Positions 56,340-64,000 of a stretch of DNA of 64,000 nt are shown piece after piece. The notes beneath the pieces were generated by a model. That model ran no database searches. It was not told where the DNA came from and saw only the letters and a list, made by a program, of their open reading frames with translations. The stretch covers positions 1,995 to 65,994 of the forward strand of contig JAJFUE010000152.1 of the NCBI GenBank assembly GCA_021372575.1, given 5' to 3'. The stretch comes from a bacterium. Lineage in GTDB: Bacteria; Sumerlaeota; Sumerlaeia; MVZB01. Both the position numbers and the translations under genes were made by a program. The first letter of the stretch is position 1, and each line of letters begins with the position of its first letter.

Positions 56340-56755
56340 ACCGCCCGAAAGCAGCCTCCGCAGGCATCGACCCCATTGGAGAAGCCACGCGCGGGTTGAC
56401 ACTCGGCGCCGATGCCGTTATGTTTTTTACAGAAGGGTGCAAAAGCTATCAAGCTGGCGCAGGAATTCGGATGGTCGGGCCGCCATCCAGTTGATGATGT
56501 CAATTCACAATTGGAGGGGTCCCATGTTTTCCTGGAAAATCCCAAACACCGCCCTTGTCTTTTTTCGCTCTCCACTTCATCCCAAAATGAATAGCGCCTG
56601 TTAATCCTGGGCAAACACCGGGGCGCACGGGGCGTCTCGGTCATAAACATACTTATTTTTCTAATTCGTGCTGCACACGCGGTCGCCTGAATGGACAGCT
56701 GGGTATTGCGTGCCGTGGGTGGGTTGTCGTGTTCGCATGGACGGAGGTCGGCATC

Positions 56756-57634
56756 ATGCTGTTTACCAACCCCAAGGCAAGGAAACATGAAGCCCCGCAT
56801 GTGGAAAGGGCCGGGCCGGCCGAAGCCGGGCGGCCGGGCCGGGCCCCGGAACCGCAAGCACAGGTCCTCGAGGCGTTTTTCGCGCGCCTGCGGCGGGCCT
56901 CGTTGCGCGTCTTGATGCTCGATTACGATGGAACACTGGCCCCTTTCCGGGTCAAACGCGACCACGCCCGGCCGTTTCCGGGGATTCTTGAGGCAATCGA
57001 TCGGATCGCGCGCGACGAACGCAACCGCATCATCGTCGTGACCGGCAGAAAGATTTCGAATTTTCAGGCGATCAGCGGGTTCCCCGACGGCCTTGAGATC
57101 TGGGGCTCGCACGGATGGGAACACCAATGCAGCAACGGCGCCCGCGAGGTCCTGGCCTGCGAAGAACACGCCCTGGCCGGCCTGATCCGGGCCGAGGCTC
57201 GGCTCGCGCGCAATGGTCTTGCCGAGCGGGTCGAGCTCAAGCCGGGGTGCCTGGAGTTTCACTGGCGCGGCCTGCCCGATGAGCGGGTCGAAGAGTTGCG
57301 CGGGACGCTGACGAGAGAATGGGCCGAACTCACGCGAGGCGGCGGATTAAGCATCCATGAATTCGACGGCGGGATGTCGCTGCGGGTTCCGGGCCGCGAC
57401 AAAGGCACCGCGGTCCGCGCCGTCCTGAGCCGTTTGCCGGCCGATGCGCCCGCCGCGTTCCTTGGCGACGACGAGACCGATGAAGACGCATTCGGCGCAA
57501 TGACCGATCCCTGCCGCCTTGGCGCGCTTGTCCGGACCGAATACCGGATGACGGGCGCGCGCGCCTGGCTCAGGCCGCCGGGCGAGCTGCTGAAATTCCT
57601 TGGGCGTTGGAGCGAGGCGGGCATGAACCGGTAA
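56756..57634 (+). CDS. otsB: Trehalose-6-phosphate phosphatase (HAD-IIB)
   Basis: ...LMLDYDGTLAPF... is HAD motif I. ...GDDETDEDAF... is motif IV. Adjacent to otsA. Confidence 0.75.
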   Translation: MLFTNPKARKHEAPHVERAGPAEAGRPGRAPEPQAQVLEAFFARLRRASLRVLMLDYDGTLAPFRVKRDHARPFPGILEAIDRIARDERNRIIVVTGRKISNFQAISGFPDGLEIWGSHGWEHQCSNGAREVLACEEHALAGLIRAEARLARNGLAERVELKPGCLEFHWRGLPDERVEELRGTLTREWAELTRGGGLSIHEFDGGMSLRVPGRDKGTAVRAVLSRLPADAPAAFLGDDETDEDAFGAMTDPCRLGALVRTEYRMTGARAWLRPPGELLKFLGRWSEAGMNR

Positions 57635-57665
57635 ATTCTTGGAGACGCGAACGGGAGGCCAATCC

Positions 57666-59192
57666 ATGATCTCATCCACCCATCGGTTAATTGTCGTGTC
57701 AAATCGCCTGCCGTTCGTGCTCACGCGGCGGTCCGATAAAACGTCGCGCCTCGAGCCGGCGTCGGGCGGGCTGGTGACGGCGCTGGCACCGGTCCTGCGC
57801 GACCGCGGCGGAGTGTGGATCGGCTGGCCGGGCCAGGCAGTGGACATTCCCGAGTTGCCCGGCCTGCTCGAGGACGCAAGCGACCTGGCGGGGTATCAAT
57901 TCGTCCCGGTGGCGCTCACGGCCGAGGAGCATGAGAACTATTACAACGGGTATGCCAACGAAAGCCTGTGGCCGCTGTTCCATGATTTGCAATCGCAATG
58001 CCGGTTTCACCCGGATTACTGGAAAGCCTACGCAACCGTCAACGGCCACTTTGCCGGCGCGATCCTGGAACAGGCCTGCGCCGGTGATTTCGTGTGGGTT
58101 CACGATTACCACCTGATGGGAGTGGCCGATATCCTGCGAAAATGCGGGCGGGACAATCCGCTGGCGTTTTTCCTGCACGTGCCGTTCCCGCCGCTCGACA
58201 TCTTCATCAAGCTGCCGGAGCGGCACAAGTTGCTCGGCATGCTGCTGCACTACGACCTGATCGGCCTGCAAACCCAACGCGACCGGCGCAATTTCATCCA
58301 TTGCGTGCGGGCCTTGGCGCCGGGTGCGCACATCAGTCACCGGGGGAATCTGCACACGATCCGGCTCGGCGAACGCCAGGTCAACGTCGGGGCCTTTCCG
58401 ATCGGGATCGACTTCAAGGGATTCGCCGACCACACCGCATCCGAGGAAGTGGCGACGCGAGCCTGGCACATCCACGAGAATTTCCCCGAGCGCCAGATCG
58501 TATTCGGGCTGGACCGCCTTGATTACACCAAGGGCATTCCGCATCGGCTGGAGGCCTTTCGCAACCTGCTCAAGCGCTACCCGGAACTGCACGAGCGCAT
58601 CAACCTGGTCCAGGTCGTCGTGCCAAGCCGGGTGGGCATCCCCAAGTACGACGCGCTCAAGCGCGAGATCGAGCGCCTCGTCGGCGAAATCAACGGCCAA
58701 TTCACCCGGTCGGGATGGATTCCGGTCCATTACATCTTCCGCAGCCTCGAGCGCACGGAACTGCTGGCGTGGTACCGCACGGCGGAGATCGCACTGGTGA
58801 CGCCGCTCAAGGACGGGATGAACCTGGTCTCGAAGGAGTTCTGCGCGTCGAGCATCGAGGAGAACGCGGTCCTGATCCTGAGCCAGTTCGCCGGCGCGGC
58901 CGCGCAGCTCAAACGCGGCGCCCTGCTGGTCAATCCGTACGACGTCGAGCAGACGGCGGACGCGATCCGGCAGGCGTTTTACATGCCGCCGGAGGAGCGC
59001 CGCGCGCGCATGCGCCAGATGCGCCGCAACGTCCGCCATCAGGACATCTATTGGTGGGTCGATTACTTCATCGAGTCGGCCATCGGCAAGGAACTGAAGG
59101 ATTTCCCGATCCAGGAGGAGTATATCCCGGAAAACCTGCAGCCGCTGGACTCAGCCGCACCCGCCGCGCTGGAACCCATTGATACTCATTGA
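57666..59192 (+). CDS. otsA: Alpha,alpha-trehalose-phosphate synthase (GT20)
   Basis: MISSTHRLIVVSNRLP...GGLVTAL...WVHDYHLM... GT20 motifs. An alternative start at 57639 is possible. Confidence 0.8.
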   Translation: MISSTHRLIVVSNRLPFVLTRRSDKTSRLEPASGGLVTALAPVLRDRGGVWIGWPGQAVDIPELPGLLEDASDLAGYQFVPVALTAEEHENYYNGYANESLWPLFHDLQSQCRFHPDYWKAYATVNGHFAGAILEQACAGDFVWVHDYHLMGVADILRKCGRDNPLAFFLHVPFPPLDIFIKLPERHKLLGMLLHYDLIGLQTQRDRRNFIHCVRALAPGAHISHRGNLHTIRLGERQVNVGAFPIGIDFKGFADHTASEEVATRAWHIHENFPERQIVFGLDRLDYTKGIPHRLEAFRNLLKRYPELHERINLVQVVVPSRVGIPKYDALKREIERLVGEINGQFTRSGWIPVHYIFRSLERTELLAWYRTAEIALVTPLKDGMNLVSKEFCASSIEENAVLILSQFAGAAAQLKRGALLVNPYDVEQTADAIRQAFYMPPEERRARMRQMRRNVRHQDIYWWVDYFIESAIGKELKDFPIQEEYIPENLQPLDSAAPAALEPIDTH

Positions 59193-59246
59193 TTCTTGCT
59201 ATTTTTCCCCCTCACACGTACGATTCGTTGCTGTATAATGTGAGTC

Positions 59247-60242
59247 GTGGACATTCCCTCCCGGGAGGCGCAAAGGGCAGGTCCGTTGAGCGAATCCGTC
59301 CAGAAAGTCATCACGCTGGATCACGACGAGCTGCTCAAGTTCTGCGGCCTGGGCGACCGCAAGCTCAAGTCGATCCAGCAGCGCATCAAGGCCAAAATCG
59401 TCGCGCGCGGCAACGAGCTGCGCATCAACGGCCCACCCTCCGACGTCGATTCCGCCTACACCATGATCACCGACCTCCTTGAAGTCCAGCGCGCGGGCGG
59501 CAAGGCCCTCACCAGCCAGCAGATCCACATGGCCGGCGAGCACTTCGCCGCGGGCCGCCCCGGCGCGATCAAGGAAATCTTCCTCGACACGATCCCGATC
59601 CCGCTCAAGCGCAAGCAGGTCGCGCCGCTGTCGCCCAACCAGAAGCGCTACATCGACTCGATCCGCCAGCACGACATCGTGTTCGCGATCGGCCCGGCCG
59701 GCACCGGCAAGACGTTCCTCGCCGTCGCGATGGCCGTGGCCTCGCTCATTAATGGTTCGGTCGGCCGTATTATTCTCGTCAGGCCGGCGGTCGAGGCCGG
59801 CGAGCGGCTCGGGTTCCTGCCGGGCGACATCGAACAGAAACTCAACCCCTACCTGCGCCCGCTCTACGATGCGCTCTACGAGATGCTCGACCCGGAGAAA
59901 ATGAAGTCCTACATCGAGGACGGCATCATCGAGATCGCGCCGTTGGCGTTCATGCGCGGCCGCACGCTCAACAACAGCTTCATCATCCTGGACGAGGCGC
60001 AAAACACGACGATCGAGCAGATGAAGATGTTCCTCACGCGCCTCGGCCTCGACTCGCAGGCGGTCATCACCGGCGACATCACCCAGACCGACCTGCCCAA
60101 GGGCCAGGCCTCGGGCCTCGTGCACGTGCGCAAGATCCTGTCCCACATCGACGGCATCGATTTCATCGAATTCACCGGTCGCGACGTCGTGCGCCATCAA
60201 CTGGTGCAGCGCATCATTCAGGCCTACGAGAAACATGGCTAA
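59247..60242 (+). CDS. phoH: PhoH-like ATPase (phosphate starvation-inducible protein family)
   Basis: KH-like N-terminal region. ...[16 protein letters not shown]... Walker A. ...FIILDEAQN... Walker B. Confidence 0.8.
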   Translation: MDIPSREAQRAGPLSESVQKVITLDHDELLKFCGLGDRKLKSIQQRIKAKIVARGNELRINGPPSDVDSAYTMITDLLEVQRAGGKALTSQQIHMAGEHFAAGRPGAIKEIFLDTIPIPLKRKQVAPLSPNQKRYIDSIRQHDIVFAIGPAGTGKTFLAVAMAVASLINGSVGRIILVRPAVEAGERLGFLPGDIEQKLNPYLRPLYDALYEMLDPEKMKSYIEDGIIEIAPLAFMRGRTLNNSFIILDEAQNTTIEQMKMFLTRLGLDSQAVITGDITQTDLPKGQASGLVHVRKILSHIDGIDFIEFTGRDVVRHQLVQRIIQAYEKHG

Positions 60243-62598
60243 CGCACCGCAACCCACCCTGCGCCTCGACGAAGCCGGCGAGCCGCGCCGGCTTGGGCCC
60301 CAGCCGCTGCTGCGCCGCTGGCGCGCGCGACTGACCGCCCTTGCGTGGTTCGTCCTCATCGTGCTCGTGCTCGGGCCGTTCTTCCGCGAACAGCCGTACC
60401 CGACAACCCCCGGCCAGGTCGCGCGCGCGCGCATCCCCGCGCCGCGCAAGGTCGAGGTCAGCGACCCCGAGGCAACCAACGCGGCGCTCAACAATCTCGC
60501 CACGCACCAGACGCAGATCTGGCAGCGCGACGTCAAGGCCGAGGAGCGCATCCAGCAGAACCTGCGCTCGTTCTTCGACGACCTGAGCCGGCAGGGCGAT
60601 CAGCTCCGCAGCATCGAACAGCTCAAGACGTTCGCCGACTCCGAGCTCGCCACGCACAACATCGCCATCGACATCAGCACGATCCAGGCGCTGCTGGCCG
60701 CCCCGACCGGCCCCGACCCGATGACGCTCAATGCCATCCAGCGCGAACTGCGCCTGATCGTGATCAACGCGCTGTTCGACTGCGGCATCGTCTCCAACCG
60801 CGGCGACTACAAGGCCGAATCGAGCGCCGGCGTGCTCAGGCTCATGATCGGAGGCGAGGAGCAGAAGAAAATCCCCGAGCCCAACCTGGTGCTCGGCTGG
60901 CCCGAACACACGCGCAGCGAACTGGCCAACGCCATCGAGGCTCGCTTCTCGACGCGCGATTCGCGCCGCGCCCTGCGCCAGGCGTGCCTTGACCTGCTGA
61001 TGTCGATCCTCGAGCCGAACATCGTCTATGACCCGATCGCGACGCGCAAACTGTATGAAGAGCAGCGCGCCGGGCTCCTGGCCCAACCGATCAAGAAGAC
61101 GTTCAACCGCGACGAGCCGATCGTCGAGCAGGGCGCGATCATCAGCCCGCTCGAGGCCGAGGCGCTCTCGATCCTCGAGGCGCAGCGTCACCAGACGATG
61201 GCGCTCAAATACCTGGGCCTCATCTCGATGACCGCGATTTTCTTTGCCGCGATCGCCATCTACCTCAAGCGGTTCCGCCGTGAGTTCACGCTCGATGCAT
61301 CAACCATCACGCTGCACGTTCTGCCGCCGATGGTCGCGCTCGTCGTCGGGCAGGTCCTGCTCATCTGGCAGGGCCAACCGACGCACACCGTCATGATCTG
61401 GTTCCCGGCGGGCCTTGTCGGCATGCTGTCGTCGCTGCTGATCGCGCCGCAGGTCGCGTTCGTCCTCGTGCTGACGACGGCGTGCCTGTTCGGCTTCTCC
61501 GCCGCGCTGCCGCTGCAGTTCATGATCATCGCGCTGTTCGGCGGGTTCACGGCCGTGCTGGCAAGCCGCAACATCCGCAGCCGGCTCGACATCCTGAGCG
61601 TTGGCATGAAGGTCGGCGTCGTCAACATGGTCGCGCTCACGATCATGGCGCTCGCCGACCCCAACTGGCTCGTCTCCGACGGCGGCGCGAGCTCGATGAC
61701 CCTGTACGCGCGGCTGCTGGCGAGCGGATTCCTCAACGGCATCGCCTGCTCGCTGGCCACGCTCGTCTTGCTCATCATCTTCGAGTGGAGCTTCGGCATC
61801 GTGACCGACCTGCGCCTGCTCGAGCTGACCGGCATGAAGCACCCGCTCATCCGACAGCTCGAGGCCAAGGCCCCCGGCACGTACCAGCACACGCTCAACG
61901 TCTCCAAGCTCGCCGAGGCCGCCGCCGAGGCGATCGGCGCCAACACGCTGCTCGTGCGCGCCGGCACGTATTTCCACGACGTCGGCAAGATGGTCAAGCC
62001 GAAGTATTTCAGCGAGAACCAGGTGACGCTCGACGACAAGAAGGCGCACGCGCGCCTGTCGCCCTACATGAGCGTCCTCATCATCAAGAACCACGTCAAG
62101 GAAGGCCAGGAGCTGGCGCGCGCGTTCGGCCTGCCGCAGAAGATCATCGACTTCATCCCGCAACACCACGGCACGGGCCTCATTCGCTATTTCTACCAGG
62201 AGGCGCTCAAGCGCTACGAAAACAGCGAGGCCGTCGATCCGGTGCGCGAGGAGGATTTCCGCTACCCCGGCCCCAAGCCGCAATCGATCGAGGCCGCAAT
62301 CGTCCTGCTCGCCGACTCGGTCGATGCGATCGCGACGAGCCGATTCACCGGCGCCCAAGTCAACGAGAGCGAACTGCGCCGCCACGTGCAGCTCGCGATC
62401 GGCGAGAAATTCAACGACGGCCAGTTCGACGAGTGCAACCTGACGATGAGCCATCTCTATCGCATTCGCGAGGCGCTCGTGGCCGCGCTCATGGCGCGCT
62501 TCCACTTCCGCATCGCCTACCCGACGCCGCCCAAGCCCCCGAGAGAAGCCGCCGCCGCGCCGACGCAGATCACGGTCTCCGGCCCCGGCGGAAGCTGA
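60235..62598 (+). CDS. 7TM-receptor with intracellular HD hydrolase (PgpH/YqfF-like HDIG phosphodiesterase)
   Basis: N-terminal extracellular region, 7 TM helices, C-terminal HD domain (...YQHTLNVSKLAE...GTYFHDVGKMVKP...). Overlaps phoH by 8 nt, the usual phoH-pgpH arrangement. Confidence 0.75.
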   Translation: MANAPQPTLRLDEAGEPRRLGPQPLLRRWRARLTALAWFVLIVLVLGPFFREQPYPTTPGQVARARIPAPRKVEVSDPEATNAALNNLATHQTQIWQRDVKAEERIQQNLRSFFDDLSRQGDQLRSIEQLKTFADSELATHNIAIDISTIQALLAAPTGPDPMTLNAIQRELRLIVINALFDCGIVSNRGDYKAESSAGVLRLMIGGEEQKKIPEPNLVLGWPEHTRSELANAIEARFSTRDSRRALRQACLDLLMSILEPNIVYDPIATRKLYEEQRAGLLAQPIKKTFNRDEPIVEQGAIISPLEAEALSILEAQRHQTMALKYLGLISMTAIFFAAIAIYLKRFRREFTLDASTITLHVLPPMVALVVGQVLLIWQGQPTHTVMIWFPAGLVGMLSSLLIAPQVAFVLVLTTACLFGFSAALPLQFMIIALFGGFTAVLASRNIRSRLDILSVGMKVGVVNMVALTIMALADPNWLVSDGGASSMTLYARLLASGFLNGIACSLATLVLLIIFEWSFGIVTDLRLLELTGMKHPLIRQLEAKAPGTYQHTLNVSKLAEAAAEAIGANTLLVRAGTYFHDVGKMVKPKYFSENQVTLDDKKAHARLSPYMSVLIIKNHVKEGQELARAFGLPQKIIDFIPQHHGTGLIRYFYQEALKRYENSEAVDPVREEDFRYPGPKPQSIEAAIVLLADSVDAIATSRFTGAQVNESELRRHVQLAIGEKFNDGQFDECNLTMSHLYRIREALVAALMARFHFRIAYPTPPKPPREAAAAPTQITVSGPGGS

Positions 62599-62720
62599 GT
62601 TAGATGATGCAGTAGCCCGAGTATCAGTGAGGGACCACCTGACAGGGTGTTGAAATAGTCCCGGAGGGACGACCGAACACATCATTCGGGTGGAATTCGT
62701 TTTTCTTCAACATCCCAAGC

Positions 62721-62748
62721 AAAAAGCCGGCTCCGTGCCGGCTTTTCA
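62721..62748. terminator. Bidirectional rho-independent terminator between convergent genes
   Basis: aaaaaGCCGGCtccgtGCCGGCttttt. Confidence 0.75.
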
Positions 62749-62801
62749 TTTCTCATTGCTCATGCCCTTCTCCGCATCTCCGCGATAAAATCTCCTGTCC
62801 T

Positions 62802-64000
62802 TTACCAGCTCAAAACTTCTCCCCCGATGTCGGCCATGATCCCCTCGCGCCAATACTCGTTGACGCGCGCGCACCAGCGATCGACGGGGTTCAAATCGTC
62901 CGTCACGACGATCCCCGACCCCGCCGCGAAATGAAACCGCCGCTTCTCCAGCTCCGGCCGCCACGCCTCGGCCGCCGCATCGACCGCCACGCCCGAGAAC
63001 GGCGCATTCGAGAAGAACATCAGGACGTTGCGCAGGTCATTCGGGTCCTCGCCGAGCTCGCCGAAATAACCGCGGCTTTCCTCAAACACCCCGGCGGCCG
63101 TCCTGAACAGCGACGCGCTCATCAGGCTGTCGGGCCCCTGCGTGAACGCGATCGTGTTGAGCGCGACGACGCCGCCTGGGGCGAGGATTCTTTTGATCTC
63201 TTCGAACGCCTCGCGCGAAAACAAATGGAACGGCTGCGAGCCGCCGGTGAACACGTCGAGCACGATCGCGTCGTACTTATCCCTGCACGCGCGGATGTAA
63301 GCGCGGCCGTCGGCCTCGATCAGGCGAAACCCCGCCGGATCGCAGCCGAAATAATCGCGCGCCGTCTCGACGATCGCCGGATCCAGCTCGACCACGTCGA
63401 TCTTGAAGCCGCGCATCTTGAGCGGCTCGACGAGCGCGCCGCCGCCCAGCCCGACCAGCAGCGCGCGCCGGCCCTTGGGCGGATGGATCGCAAAAAACCT
63501 TTCAATCACCTGCGTGTAGCCCGACTGCAGCTCCTTCGACCCGAGCACGATGCTCGTCTGCACCGTGCCATCGAGCAGCAGCATGCGGTGCATTTGCCCC
63601 TGATAGCTGCGGTCGAGCACCTTGATCTGCGCATACTGGCCCTCGCGGCTCAGTTGCATCCGCCCGAACATCGGGTTGATCGGCCGCGCCGTCGCGGCGT
63701 CCAAAAACCCGAACGTCGCCAGCACGAGCGCGCCCATCCCGAGCCAGCCCATCTGTCGCCCGATCGCGAACCACACCGCCGGCGGCAGCAGGATCACCGC
63801 CGTGCTCGCCCAGAACGTCGCCTTGACGCCCAACTCCGGGATGAGGAAGAACCCCGCCGCAATCGTCCCAATGACGCTGCCCACGGTGGAGATCGCGTAG
63901 AGCGTCCCGGCCGTGCGGCCCGTTTCCCTGAGGTCCGCAAGCGCCAGCCGCAGCACGTACGGCGACACCATGCCGAGGATCGTCAGCGGCGGCCCGAACA
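62802..64000 (-). CDS. Spermidine synthase-like (polyamine aminopropyltransferase fold) protein with an N-terminal membrane domain; 5' end outside the window
   Basis: ...RRALLVGLGGGALVEPLKMRGF-KIDVVELDPAIVETAR... is a SAM-dependent spermidine synthase-like core, preceded by hydrophobic helices. The ORF is open to the window edge. Confidence 0.55.
   Translation of the reverse strand, partial: FGPPLTILGMVSPYVLRLALADLRETGRTAGTLYAISTVGSVIGTIAAGFFLIPELGVKATFWASTAVILLPPAVWFAIGRQMGWLGMGALVLATFGFLDAATARPINPMFGRMQLSREGQYAQIKVLDRSYQGQMHRMLLLDGTVQTSIVLGSKELQSGYTQVIERFFAIHPPKGRRALLVGLGGGALVEPLKMRGFKIDVVELDPAIVETARDYFGCDPAGFRLIEADGRAYIRACRDKYDAIVLDVFTGGSQPFHLFSREAFEEIKRILAPGGVVALNTIAFTQGPDSLMSASLFRTAAGVFEESRGYFGELGEDPNDLRNVLMFFSNAPFSGVAVDAAAEAWRPELEKRRFHFAAGSGIVVTDDLNPVDRWCARVNEYWREGIMADIGGEVLSW

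Noticed and set aside
55182-56402. 406-aa minus-strand ORF and 299-aa minus-strand ORF (54009-54908) antisense to the large membrane-protein gene
   Set aside because: Arg/Glu/Asp-rich artefactual frames. The plus strand gives a regular multi-TM hydropathy pattern.
61300-62685. 461-aa minus-strand ORF antisense to the 7TM-HD gene
   Set aside because: HD-domain motifs and TM helices are on the plus strand.

Overview
High-GC (roughly 65-68%) bacterial chromosomal window. Gene content is typical of a Gram-negative heterotroph, possibly PVC-like. Recognisable genes include an S46 dipeptidyl-peptidase, two GH20 beta-hexosaminidases, an AsmA-family protein, leuC and leuD (7.5 kb apart), ychF, rnd, dnaJ, otsB-otsA and phoH-pgpH, plus several membrane and secreted proteins. 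The only RNA gene I can support is a tRNA-Lys(CTT) at 10316-10391 (minus strand). Points worth a second look: (1) A roughly 4-kb low-GC island integrated at the 3' end of tRNA-Lys (6289-10315). Two partial tRNA 3'-end copies (att-like direct repeats) mark a tandem arrangement. It carries a spore-photoproduct-lyase-family radical SAM enzyme, an N6/N4 DNA methyltransferase and a ParB-like nuclease-domain protein; the latter two overlap in different frames around an A-run. No integrase is visible. (2) A dispersed family of at least 7 short hexanucleotide-tandem elements, TTCGATTAC(GATTAC)n(GAGCAC)n, reading F-D-Y-D-Y-E-H-E-H. Six are intergenic and one sits in frame inside a GT39/ArnT-like glycosyltransferase gene. 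(3) A well-delimited five-gene minus-strand operon (27420-33153): Pro/Thr-rich secreted protein, a small soluble protein, a 1080-aa all-helical probable lipoprotein, a 42-aa membrane peptide and a TM2-domain protein whose N-domain is paralogous to the small soluble protein. This looks like an uncharacterised envelope system. (4) Unusual noncoding structures in the GH20 locus: an array of stem-loops sharing an AGCTTGCT core, and a roughly 120-bp imperfect palindrome with 16-mer repeats. (5) Shared TTCGTGA direct-repeat motifs upstream of the S46 peptidase and the second GH20 gene. (6) A recurring AT-rich TCCTATAGGTCCTAT motif (palindrome CCTATAGG), mostly at convergent gene ends. (7) Two AT-rich putatively foreign inserts: a yhcG-like nuclease next to leuD, and a 2-gene islet at 52.1-53.7 kb. 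Many long opposite-strand ORFs in the six-frame track are high-GC antisense artefacts and are rejected.
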